Shown: positions 9,964 to 18,763 of the stretch, piece after piece
Numbering within the stretch: position 1 is the stretch's first letter
Layout: every line of letters begins with the position of its first letter
IMG/VR virus record: IMGVR_UViG_3300032163_000019
Location: 1 to 52,003 of that record
From: a virus
Taxonomy: Duplodnaviria; Caudoviricetes
Reading direction: 5' to 3' (one strand)
DNA: 52,003 nucleotides
Notes under the pieces: model-generated
Databases searched by the model: none
The model's input: the letters and a program-made list of their open reading frames with translations, nothing else
Told to the model about the DNA's origin: nothing
Translations under genes and position numbers: made by a program

Positions 9964-10197
9964 ATGTACATTGATAAATCGGCGTGGGACAGTAAAAAAT
10001 TCAAGGGCTACTTGGCGGGTATTTTGAGTATCGTGTTTACCGCCGTGTTGGCTCCGCGATTAGGGCCAGTCACTGGGATTGTGACGGATTATCTTGCTAA
10101 CAACGTCGCCGAGTTACTGCTCACATTTTTGACGGCGGTGTACATTTACGTCCAGGGCCGCATCGATCATGCGATGGCGTCGCCTCCGTCCGCCTGA
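9964..10197 (+). CDS. Putative holin
   Basis: 77 aa, two hydrophobic segments, SKKF start and YIYVQGRID end; AAGGAGG RBS. Confidence 0.75.
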   Translation: MYIDKSAWDSKKFKGYLAGILSIVFTAVLAPRLGPVTGIVTDYLANNVAELLLTFLTAVYIYVQGRIDHAMASPPSA

Positions 10198-10278
10198 GGC
10201 TAACGGGAGGGAAGAATGTTTGACCCAACAGACCGCTAACCCCAAAAGTCACCTCCGTCCGTCGGAGGCTAACGGAGG
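10179..10278. repeat. Two imperfect 31-32 nt palindromic direct repeats separated by 37 nt
   Basis: GTCGCCTCCGTCCGCCTGAGGCTAACGGGAGG (10179-10210) and GTCACCTCCGTCCGTCGGAGGCTAACGGAGG (10248-10278). Confidence 0.8.
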
Positions 10279-10303
10279 CCGAACCACTTGCCTGGTTCGG
10301 CCT
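10276..10303. terminator. 11-bp hairpin between convergent holin and HTH genes
   Basis: AGGCCGAACCA-cttgcc-TGGTTCGGCCT; only a weak U-tract. Confidence 0.5.
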
Positions 10304-10307
10304 TCCC

Positions 10308-10538
10308 TTATTTCGCCACCGGGGCGGGTTCGCTGGTATGAAATCGTTTCAACGTGGAAATATAATCAGATAAATCCACCGGGTTATATCGGACGGATTT
10401 TCCGAGTTTTAAAAATCGTGGGCCACCACCCGCCCACCGGGTTTTAATAACCCATGCCTTCGACATATGAAGGATTGCCGCCGCTTCGGCGGTGTTCAGT
10501 AACTTATTAATATTTAAAGAGTTATTCATGATTCCCAT
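10308..10538 (-). CDS. AlpA/excisionase-like (HTH_17) DNA-binding protein; start may be ATG 10529
   Basis: LLNTAEAAAIL...RWAGGGPRFLKLGKSVRY motif; the only convincing minus-strand gene. Confidence 0.85.
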   Translation of the reverse strand: MGIMNNSLNINKLLNTAEAAAILHMSKAWVIKTRWAGGGPRFLKLGKSVRYNPVDLSDYISTLKRFHTSEPAPVAK

Positions 10539-10831
10539 CTCCGATTAGAGTTTGTAATGCGTGCCATATGAATATTATCACCCACCAGCGGAATGATGTA
10601 TACCCACAAATGAGGGGGGGTCTTGTGTGTACTAAAGATGGAGACGGAGGGGAGAGTTTAGCGGGGGAATTCAGACTTGACGTTTTTTATCCGCTTTTTG
10701 ATACGGCTGTAGGCCTCTTCAACCAGGTGTTCGCCTCCCTTTAAACCCCCAAACCCCGTGGCCGCCAACCAGCGGGATGTCGCGCCACCCGTGCGGCGGC
10801 CATATATCCGTATCCCCTGGGATAACACTGC

Positions 10832-10990
10832 GACGGTATGCGGGCGGTATGCTGAGGTTTGTATACGTATGCAAGAAATCAATGAGTTACTGGTTACATA
10901 CCGCCATATCAGCAATAACGCTACTTTCTAAAAAAAATAAAAATAATTTTTCTAAAAATTCCCCGCGTATATGGTGGCGATATGCGCGCT
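10832..10990. other. Origin-like element A: inverted iterons around an IHF-consensus site, then an A/T tract
   Basis: GACGGTATGC and GGCGGTATGC, TATACGTAT, AATCAATGAGTTA (WATCAANNNNTTR, 10877-10889), CATACCGCC and CATATCAGC, CGCTACTTT plus A-tract. Confidence 0.55.
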
Positions 10991-11035
10991 TCGGGCCGCA
11001 AAAGTAGGTGGGGCGTATTTTTTTAAAAAAAAAAC

Positions 11036-11064
11036 TTGACAACGCGATTTTATTGGGATAATAT
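11036..11064 (+). promoter_or_regulatory. Sigma70-like promoter for the replication operon
   Basis: A/T tract, then TTGACA-17 nt-TAATAT. Confidence 0.7.
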
Positions 11065-11072
11065 ACGCAACA

Positions 11073-11231
11073 TGTGACGCGGTTGCATTTTGAGGCCCTC
11101 GCCGTCTGCTTCCCATCTCCCTCCTTGGTGGGGGCCTCAAAATGCAACCGCGTCACAACCGCAAGTTACCGGTTACGGCGTTTACGCTCATACCGGGAGA
11201 GCCCCTCCTTGTAGGGGGGGCCTTCTTGCGG
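11073..11231 (+). ncRNA. Structured leader or sRNA candidate: 26-bp perfect hairpin plus a branched domain
   Basis: TGTGACGCGGTTGCATTTTGAGGCCC (11073-11098) is the exact reverse complement of 11132-11157; CCGCAAG/CTTGCGG (11159-11231) closes two inner hairpins. Confidence 0.6.
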
Positions 11232-11266
11232 AAAAATGAATTGTTTGAGAATCAGAGAATGGCAGA

Positions 11267-12736
11267 ATGGCGGAAATAAAATCATCGTTGTTCGGACACC
11301 AACAGATTGCCCTCGAACGGATGGAGGGGAAAGTCGCCTTCGCCCTGTTCCCCGAACCCGGAACCGGGAAGAGCCGCATTATCTTGGAGGATAGCCTGGC
11401 GCTATATCGAGGGAGCAAAATAAATTTACTTGTGGTAATCGCTCCGGCGGGCGTAGATCGAAAATGGCGCGATGAATGCGAGCGCTGGTTGCCAGATTCC
11501 GTCGAATCGCCGTGGAGTTGGCATCTATACCGTAATTCCGCGGCCAAAATAGCCGAAGCGCGCCGCGCCGAATTCGTTGACGACGTAAAACGCGGAGATT
11601 GTTTCTGCATCGTGGCGTTTTCGGTCGATAGTATTATTACCGCCCAAGGGTATACGTTTATCAAAAAACTGTTGGAGGCGGGACCCGCCGTCTTGGCTAT
11701 CGACGAATCAACTAAAATTAAAAACCCGAAGGCGTTGCGTACCAAAGCCGCTTTAAGATTAGGCCAGATGGCGAAATACCGGCGAATTTTGACCGGAACG
11801 CCCCTTACGCAGAGCGTGGCGGATTTATACTCCCAGTTTCAGTTTCTCGACGAGGGAATATTGGGGATAAAATCGTACTTCGCTTACCGAAAGCGTTATC
11901 AAAACATGGCCATTGGGTATGGGCCGGGTGGGCGGACGTTTACCACATTTATGGGGATTCGCAACGAAGAGGGCTTGCTCGCTAAAATAAAACCCTATTC
12001 ATACCGCGTATCTAAAGCGGACTGTCTGGATTTACCCCGAAAAATCTACACTAGCCATTACGTGGAGCTATCAAAAAAACAGCGACTGGTGTATAACCAG
12101 TTAAAAAACGACTTTATAACGGAGCTATCGAGGGAAACGATTATTACGGCGGAAATGGCGTTAACGCGGTTTGGGAAACTACAACAGGTAGTTAGCAATT
12201 TCGTTACGGATAATTTGGGCGTTACGCATACTGTGGATGAGGAGCAATGTCCGCGTGAAGCCGCGCTGGTTGACTTGATCCAGTTACACGCGCCCGGTAC
12301 TAAATTTGTTATCTGGGCGAAATTTAAACGCGAAATAAAAAATATCGTCGCGTATTTGAGAACAAATTTTCCGCATGACAATATTGTTGAATATCACGGC
12401 GATGTGGCTGATGATATGCGTCATGAAAACGTGGTCAGGTTTCAGACCGATCCCGACTGTTTATTTTTCGTAGCGAACGCTATGACGGCTGGGTTAGGCC
12501 TTGACTTGTTCGCGGCGCATAACGTAATTTATTACTCTAACACGTTTAGCCTAGAGGCGCGGTTACAGAGTGAGGATCGGTGTCATCGTCCCGGCCAGGT
12601 AAATTGCGTTACCTACTACGATTTTGAGGCCGTGGATACGATTGATAGTAAGATTTTAGCGGCTATCCACGCTAAAAAATCTTTAGCGGAAACGATTACC
12701 GGTAAGTTGGGTAGGACGTCATCAAACATTTTTTAG
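11267..12736 (+). CDS. SNF2-family (SF2) helicase
   Basis: EPGTGKS, IDEST, LTGTP, GLGLDL and QSEDRCHRPGQ motifs. Confidence 0.92.
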   Translation: MAEIKSSLFGHQQIALERMEGKVAFALFPEPGTGKSRIILEDSLALYRGSKINLLVVIAPAGVDRKWRDECERWLPDSVESPWSWHLYRNSAAKIAEARRAEFVDDVKRGDCFCIVAFSVDSIITAQGYTFIKKLLEAGPAVLAIDESTKIKNPKALRTKAALRLGQMAKYRRILTGTPLTQSVADLYSQFQFLDEGILGIKSYFAYRKRYQNMAIGYGPGGRTFTTFMGIRNEEGLLAKIKPYSYRVSKADCLDLPRKIYTSHYVELSKKQRLVYNQLKNDFITELSRETIITAEMALTRFGKLQQVVSNFVTDNLGVTHTVDEEQCPREAALVDLIQLHAPGTKFVIWAKFKREIKNIVAYLRTNFPHDNIVEYHGDVADDMRHENVVRFQTDPDCLFFVANAMTAGLGLDLFAAHNVIYYSNTFSLEARLQSEDRCHRPGQVNCVTYYDFEAVDTIDSKILAAIHAKKSLAETITGKLGRTSSNIF

Positions 12737-12745
12737 GAGGCGAAG

Positions 12746-13081
12746 GTGGATAAAATGAACGAAGCATTGCTGAAAAGCGCTCATAAATATTTACGGTTGT
12801 TGTGGGCGGCGCACACGAAGGTGTTTATTACAGTGGCGGAACACGACATCCAAATACTTCTTCATGCTGCGTCTAAAGACGCACAGGACGATAAAGCTTT
12901 GCGAGATTGTGTGTATCAATTGTTTTTAGGGTTGAATGTTGTTTTTGGTAAATCTATAGAGGCGGCATTGGGCCAGACGTTAATGACTGGGGGGCGGGTA
13001 GAGTTTCCGGAGGAGCTACTTTCGCCTGATTGTCCTTCTTCCGCCGCTAAGGAAAACGCCGCTAAATCTACCTATAATTAA
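12746..13081 (+). CDS. Hypothetical protein
   Basis: AGGAGG RBS, GTG start, operon context. Confidence 0.65.
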   Translation: MDKMNEALLKSAHKYLRLLWAAHTKVFITVAEHDIQILLHAASKDAQDDKALRDCVYQLFLGLNVVFGKSIEAALGQTLMTGGRVEFPEELLSPDCPSSAAKENAAKSTYN

Positions 13082-13095
13082 GGCGTGAAAATATT

Positions 13096-13542
13096 ATGAA
13101 CAAAATATACCCCACGGCAACCCACTTGTACAAAACGGCGAACGGCGAACTGGCGGAAATGTATGACCTCACCGCGGCGGAGGAATATGGGACATTGCAA
13201 TTGCCGTTGTTCGATCACGTTTTATTGCAACGGGATTTAGCCGCAAGTATTGCGGGAGCGCGATGGCGGATGCGGGCATTCGATAAACATGATTATCTCC
13301 TGCTGGTAGGAGACCCATTAGCCATAGTTTTAGCGTCAATATTCGCGGCATACGCTACCGGCGGGGATTTTCATATTTTGAAGTGGAATCGCCGTTACGC
13401 GGCATATGATAAGATTTTTATTAACATTAACGACATGGAGGGTAACGGAAATGAACAGCGAGGAACGGTTGACGTGGGGGGTGGAAAACGACTCGAAAAT
13501 GTCCGACGACATTTTGGAATCTCCCGCATTATCGGGAAGTGA
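13096..13542 (+). CDS. Conserved phage replication-module hypothetical protein
   Basis: DYLLLVGDP...ILKWNRR motif; context. Confidence 0.65.
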   Translation: MNKIYPTATHLYKTANGELAEMYDLTAAEEYGTLQLPLFDHVLLQRDLAASIAGARWRMRAFDKHDYLLLVGDPLAIVLASIFAAYATGGDFHILKWNRRYAAYDKIFININDMEGNGNEQRGTVDVGGGKRLENVRRHFGISRIIGK

Positions 13543-14056
13543 TTTAGCCGCGGTGACGGCGTTGATCGATGCGTTATCCGCCACGCAGGCGCGGCGAGAA
13601 CGGCTTGAAGAGGAACTTAAGATCACGAACCAGGAGATAATCACGTTGACTGATTCGTTGATCCCGGATAAATTGCGATCGGTAGGTTTGCGAGCGCTGA
13701 CCATGACGGACGGGCGGCAAATAACGATTAAGGCGATGCTTTTCGTCACCATAACGGAGGCGAGAAAAAGTACCGCTTACGCATGGTTGCATACGCACGG
13801 GCTAGGGGATATTATTAAAACGGAGGCCGTCATCCGTTTATTAAATGATTCTCCATTAACATTCGCGAAAGTGAAAGCTGCGATTTCAGCGTTACCGGGA
13901 GGGGCGGGGGAAGTGGAATTGAAAGAGTCTATTCACCCTGCCACCCTCAAAGCCTGCATTAGGGAGCAGGTGGATAATGGGAACGCCGAATTTTATAGCG
14001 AAGAGACGCGGAAATTATTCGGAATGCACGAGATCAATCGTGCGGTAATAAAATAA
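13451..14056 (+). CDS. Conserved phage replication-module protein (coiled coil plus WLxxxGLGDIIK and IHPATLKA motifs)
   Basis: GGAGG RBS before ATG 13451; the motifs recur in SSB-adjacent genes of PolA phages. Confidence 0.7.
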   Translation: MNSEERLTWGVENDSKMSDDILESPALSGSDLAAVTALIDALSATQARRERLEEELKITNQEIITLTDSLIPDKLRSVGLRALTMTDGRQITIKAMLFVTITEARKSTAYAWLHTHGLGDIIKTEAVIRLLNDSPLTFAKVKAAISALPGGAGEVELKESIHPATLKACIREQVDNGNAEFYSEETRKLFGMHEINRAVIK

Positions 14057-14075
14057 ACACTTTAAGGAGGAACAC

Positions 14076-14849
14076 GTGGAAATTCAGAAAACGGAAACAT
14101 TAACGAACATAATCCCGGCGGCGCTTATGGCTGGGATGGAAGCGGATGCTGGGCTAGGGTATGAAACCCTGGACGTTGATAGCAAAGCGAAACCGTTCTT
14201 GATTTTGATTCAGGAAACCACGCCGATGGCCAAGAAGAGTAACGCCGATTACGTGCCCGGAGTGGAAGCCGGTATGTTTTTCAATACCGTGACAAAAGAA
14301 TACGTCACGGGAGAGGCGGGAGTACGCGTGATCCCGTGTGGGTATCGGCGCGTATTCATCGAGCGGGAACGCCCCCTCGATGGGGCCTACATCAGGACTG
14401 TGGATATCGGGGATCAGGCCGTGCGAGACGCCCGCAACGTCGAAGAAAACGGCAAGAAACTGCTGGTTACGCCGAATGGTACAAAGCTGGTTGATACGCG
14501 CTACCATTTTTGTTTAGCGGCAATGGGAGACGGGGCGTTTGAGCCCGTAGTGATAACGCTAAAGTCGAGTCAAATATCAAAAAGCAAAACGTGGAACAGC
14601 ATCATGGAACGTTGCAAAGTTCGCGCGGCGACGGGCGCTATACTCCAAGTAGCTCCGTGGTGGCAAATCTATAACGTCACCAGTAAACCCGAAAGCGCAA
14701 AAGATCATAGCTGGTTTGGGTGGGACATAAAATTCGCCGGGGTTGTCCAGGACGGTAATTTAGCGACGGCTGGGAGGGCGTTTTACAACCTCGTAATTAA
14801 TGGCGGGGTTAGCCCCGATGAAAAACATGAGGACGTCACGCCGTTTTAA
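14076..14849 (+). CDS. Putative single-stranded DNA-binding protein
   Basis: AAGGAGG RBS; PFLILIQ, KSSQISKSKTWNS and WFGW motifs; acidic C-terminus EDVTPF. Confidence 0.65.
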   Translation: MEIQKTETLTNIIPAALMAGMEADAGLGYETLDVDSKAKPFLILIQETTPMAKKSNADYVPGVEAGMFFNTVTKEYVTGEAGVRVIPCGYRRVFIERERPLDGAYIRTVDIGDQAVRDARNVEENGKKLLVTPNGTKLVDTRYHFCLAAMGDGAFEPVVITLKSSQISKSKTWNSIMERCKVRAATGAILQVAPWWQIYNVTSKPESAKDHSWFGWDIKFAGVVQDGNLATAGRAFYNLVINGGVSPDEKHEDVTPF

Positions 14850-14860
14850 TTTAGCGGAAG

Positions 14861-15020
14861 CGGTAAGGGGTTAAACGTAAAGGGGGGAAAGGCCAGTCGT
14901 TCCCTCGATTAGATAAAACGCTTACCGGAACGGCGTCGTACGTGGTTATGTATTTATCACCAACAACGCCCGTGGCTCACAACTCGGCATCCCGTTTTTG
15001 GAGTGCGACGCCGTTCCGGT
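14861..15020 (+). ncRNA. Structured intergenic RNA candidate upstream of primase
   Basis: 15-bp perfect stem ACCGGAACGGCGTCG (14924-14938) / CGACGCCGTTCCGGT (15006-15020); competing stem CGGTAAG/CTTACCG (14861/14921). Confidence 0.5.
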
Positions 15021-15039
15021 TATTTTTAATGGGTAAATC

Positions 15040-16590
15040 GTGACGCAGAATTTGGCGGAACAGTTTTACGACTTGTTCCGCGGGCTGGACAGGGCCCACG
15101 GAAGTTTTGAAATCACGCATAGCGAGGCGGGGAAATTACGGGGAAAGGCGTTTACGCGACAGTCTCCCGTGACAACGCAGTTATGGGAGGATCACCTCGC
15201 GGGGAAACTAGGGTTAGGCGTCGTTCCGTTGAATGATTCCAGCTTGTGCGGATGGGGCGTGATCGACATCGACAAAAAAGAATATAGTGACATTAACCAT
15301 GCGGCAATCGAACGGAAAATAAACGCGAACAAAATGCCGCTGGTAGTATGTCGGAGTAAAAGCGGTGACGCGCATTTGTTTTTATTTTTAGAGACTCCCA
15401 TTGAGGCGGTGCACGTCCGCAAAACACTTCTTGCGTGGGCGTTTGAATTGGGTTTCCCGAAGGCGGAAATATTTCCGAAACAGGACAAACTAGCAGGGGA
15501 AAACGACGTCGGAAATTGGCTGAACATGCCGTATTTCGACGCAAAACAGACGTTACGGTATGGCATAAAAGACGGCGTCCCGCTTTTATCGGCGGAAGAA
15601 TTCGTTCAGTATTGCCGAAGCAAAAAGGCGTCGCTAGATTTTTTGCTGAATTTTAAAGTCGCGTGTGACCCGGAATTTGACGACGCCCCCCCGTGTATAC
15701 AGTATTATGTTAAAAATAAATTCACGAATAATTTGAATAGCGCCTTGTTTTCAATGGGCGTGTTCGCTCGCCAGAAGTTTCCGGATGTGTGGGAAGCGAA
15801 AATAGACGAATACAATATTCGTTTCATGAAGCCTGGTACGTCAAAAGAGGTCCAGACTATCGTCAAAAGTCTCGGTAAGAAAGCTTACTACTATAAATGC
15901 AATGACGAACCGCTCCGTTCCCAATGCAATCGCGTCGTTTGCAAAACGCGGAAATACGGGTTGACACACGCCACAACCGATGATATCGGCATTGTGATTG
16001 ACGGTATGCAAAAATTAAACACGACGCCTCCGATCTGGTTTGTCAACGTACAGGGAACGGACGGGGCGAAACATCGGATAGAACTAGCGGAGACAAAAGA
16101 GTTACTAAACCAAAGAGGATTTAATCAGCGTTGTGTTGACGCTATGAATTTTTTCCCGATATTGTTGAACGCAAAAATATGGCGGGACATAGTCCAAAAA
16201 GCGCTTGATACTTGCCAAACAATCGACGCCCCCGCGGAGGCGTCGGCGGAAGGAGCGTTATCCGATTCCTTGCATATGTTTTTAACAGGTAGGGCGCAAG
16301 GCAAAAGTAGAGAGGATATTCGGACAAATCGTCCATGGTTAAACGATGATGACGGATTTTATTACTTTAAGGCGGAAGCGTTTTTTAACTATATCAAACA
16401 ACAGGGTGGGCAATGGTATGTTGGGTGGACGCGCCAAAAATTCTTTAGCAAACTAAAAGACCAGGGCGTTTCCTCGGATCAACTATTCGGGGTGGGCAGG
16501 GTATGGAAAATTAATTCGGTTAAGGTGGAAAAACAACCGGAAGTTTTGCCGACGCCAAACATGGCGCCTGCTGATGATACGCCTTTTTAA
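15040..16590 (+). CDS. Archaeo-eukaryotic-type primase (prim-pol family) with a Cys-rich accessory domain
   Basis: WGVIDID, RSKSGDAHLFLF, EIFPKQ, GNWLNMPYF and PPC...C..C motifs. Confidence 0.85.
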   Translation: MTQNLAEQFYDLFRGLDRAHGSFEITHSEAGKLRGKAFTRQSPVTTQLWEDHLAGKLGLGVVPLNDSSLCGWGVIDIDKKEYSDINHAAIERKINANKMPLVVCRSKSGDAHLFLFLETPIEAVHVRKTLLAWAFELGFPKAEIFPKQDKLAGENDVGNWLNMPYFDAKQTLRYGIKDGVPLLSAEEFVQYCRSKKASLDFLLNFKVACDPEFDDAPPCIQYYVKNKFTNNLNSALFSMGVFARQKFPDVWEAKIDEYNIRFMKPGTSKEVQTIVKSLGKKAYYYKCNDEPLRSQCNRVVCKTRKYGLTHATTDDIGIVIDGMQKLNTTPPIWFVNVQGTDGAKHRIELAETKELLNQRGFNQRCVDAMNFFPILLNAKIWRDIVQKALDTCQTIDAPAEASAEGALSDSLHMFLTGRAQGKSREDIRTNRPWLNDDDGFYYFKAEAFFNYIKQQGGQWYVGWTRQKFFSKLKDQGVSSDQLFGVGRVWKINSVKVEKQPEVLPTPNMAPADDTPF

Positions 16591-16615
16591 TGACTGTTTA
16601 ACGGAAGGACGTAGA

Positions 16616-17239
16616 ATGGGAAACGCTAATCCAATCGCTAAAGCGGAGGAAACGAGTCAACATATGGCGGTGTTGATTAAGCAAAAATCTTCCCGCTATT
16701 TTGACGACTTGTTAAAATCAACTTGCGGACCGGATTTACTAGCATTAAGTTTGTTCCCGAACGCCAAAGAAATTACTGAATCGTTTGCGTTATATCACGC
16801 ATACCACAAGTTTTTGCGCAAGACCGTATCGGATCAAACGCAGGTAGTCGTGATAGGCGATGGATCGACGCCGCGAACAGCCGCGTTGTTCGCGTTTAAA
16901 ACTAAACATGTTTGCTCCTCCATTGATCCTGGGTTGCGCGAAGACACTAATTGGGATGGTATTGATAATTTATACACGTATAAAATGCCGTTACGTGGGT
17001 ACTGTTTTCCACGCGGCATTCCGTCACACACCATCATTATCCTCCCGCATAGCCATGTCCCTCACGCGGAATTAACGTCGTTTTTGAAAATGTTACGGCG
17101 ATGGGATTGTATTTCGATGGCGTGTTGCGTGGAAAATGAGGGCGTATTTCAGAGCTCCCCGGACATTGAGTATGCGGATTGGGGCGTATGGAGCCCTCAC
17201 CGCATGATTAAAATCTGGAGGGGTAAGTGCGGCATTTAA
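16616..17239 (+). CDS. Hypothetical protein with a Rossmann/SAM-methyltransferase-like motif
   Basis: VVIGDGSTPRTAALF...SIDP; function uncertain. Confidence 0.5.
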   Translation: MGNANPIAKAEETSQHMAVLIKQKSSRYFDDLLKSTCGPDLLALSLFPNAKEITESFALYHAYHKFLRKTVSDQTQVVVIGDGSTPRTAALFAFKTKHVCSSIDPGLREDTNWDGIDNLYTYKMPLRGYCFPRGIPSHTIIILPHSHVPHAELTSFLKMLRRWDCISMACCVENEGVFQSSPDIEYADWGVWSPHRMIKIWRGKCGI

Positions 17240-18744
17240 TCTTCGGGCCGCCCGGTACGGGTAAAACCACGCGATTGCTCGATGTAGTAGACGCGCGATT
17301 GCAGGCCGGAGTTAAACCGGTTGATATTGGTTATATATCTTACACTAAAAAGGCGGTTCAAGAAGCGGTTTGGCGGGCGAAAAAGAAGTTCGGTTTATGC
17401 GAGGATGATCTTCGTCATTTTCGAACTCTTCATAGCATGGCGTTTCGGGCATTGGGGATGACTACGGAACGCATGTTGGGCAAAAAACATCTGGCCGAAT
17501 TTGGCGATTTAGTCGGCCATGACTTTACGGATAACCGTTACCAAATCGAGGATGGGTTGCCGCAATGCGGCGGGCGTCAGGGGGATTTATTATTATCATT
17601 GGTGCAACTAGCGCGGGCAAAACAACTGCATATATCCACTATATGGCGGATGTACCAGCCGGCCTGTACTCTAGCGGAGCTTACCCAGTTTGACGCGGCA
17701 TACGCTGCATACCGAAAAGAGGCGAGCATATATGATTATACCGACTTGTTAGAGGCGGGGGTGGCGAGTGCGGAGTTTCCGCAATTTGACACGTTGATAA
17801 TCGACGAGGCGCAAGATTTATACCCATTACAGTGGGCGGTCATCGAAAAATTAATGACGAAGGCAAAGGCCGTCTGGATAGGAGGGGATCCGGATCAGGC
17901 CATTTACGAGTGGGCGGGAGCCGATCCGTCATATTTGTTAGCGCTTTACCGCTCGGGTAAATGGCGGGCGGAACAATTGGAACAGAGTTACAGATTACCT
18001 GCGACTGTACACGATGTGGCGTTAACGGTTATACGCCGGTGTGACTATTCATACCCGAAAACATACCGTCCGCGTAATGCGCGGGGGAGCGTTAATTTTA
18101 TTAACTATTGGCCCGATTTGGAGTTTGACAACGGACAGAGTTGGTATCTGCTGGGACGCAACGGGTACTTGCTAAATGATTTTAAAGAGTTTTTGACGGC
18201 GCAAGGTTTGGCCTTTACATATCGCCATGCGCGGGCGGTAAATAGCGCGGAGGTGGCGGGGATATTGGCGTGGGAACGGGGGCGGCGCGGGGAATTAATC
18301 CCGTATGACGATTGTATGAAAATTTATGATTACATGATATCCGGACGGCAGATTAAAAGGGGCGGAAAAATTAGCTTGACAAACGCTCCACAACGCGATT
18401 ACACTTTGGCGGAATTGAAAACAGAATATGGATTGTTGACGTTGGCTCCGTGGTTTGAGAGCCTGATAAAAATACCGGAACAACGGCGAGATTATTATAG
18501 GGCCATGTTACGGCGGGGACAACGACTAACCTCCGCTCCGTTGTTACACATAGACACTATCCACGGGGTAAAGGGGGGCGAGGCGGAAAATGTGTTGCTA
18601 CTAACGGATATGGCGGGGCAAAGTTTTCGCGGATACCAGGAACACGCGGACGCTGAACACCGCGTATTTTACGTGGGTATTACGCGGGCGAAACAGAATT
18701 TGCATATCGTGTCCCCGCAAGGTACGTATTTTTATACCGTCTAA
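17227..18744 (+). CDS. UvrD/Rep-like SF1 helicase
   Basis: GPPGTGKT, IIDEAQD, GDPDQAIY, QSYR, TIHGVKGGE and YVGITRAK motifs. Confidence 0.93.
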   Translation: MRHLIFGPPGTGKTTRLLDVVDARLQAGVKPVDIGYISYTKKAVQEAVWRAKKKFGLCEDDLRHFRTLHSMAFRALGMTTERMLGKKHLAEFGDLVGHDFTDNRYQIEDGLPQCGGRQGDLLLSLVQLARAKQLHISTIWRMYQPACTLAELTQFDAAYAAYRKEASIYDYTDLLEAGVASAEFPQFDTLIIDEAQDLYPLQWAVIEKLMTKAKAVWIGGDPDQAIYEWAGADPSYLLALYRSGKWRAEQLEQSYRLPATVHDVALTVIRRCDYSYPKTYRPRNARGSVNFINYWPDLEFDNGQSWYLLGRNGYLLNDFKEFLTAQGLAFTYRHARAVNSAEVAGILAWERGRRGELIPYDDCMKIYDYMISGRQIKRGGKISLTNAPQRDYTLAELKTEYGLLTLAPWFESLIKIPEQRRDYYRAMLRRGQRLTSAPLLHIDTIHGVKGGEAENVLLLTDMAGQSFRGYQEHADAEHRVFYVGITRAKQNLHIVSPQGTYFYTV

Positions 18745-18763
18745 CACAAAAGGAGGAACATAC

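Noticed and set aside
10658-11156. Several short ORFs in the control region
   Set aside because: They overlap iterons, A-tracts, the promoter and the hairpin, and lack a convincing start with RBS.
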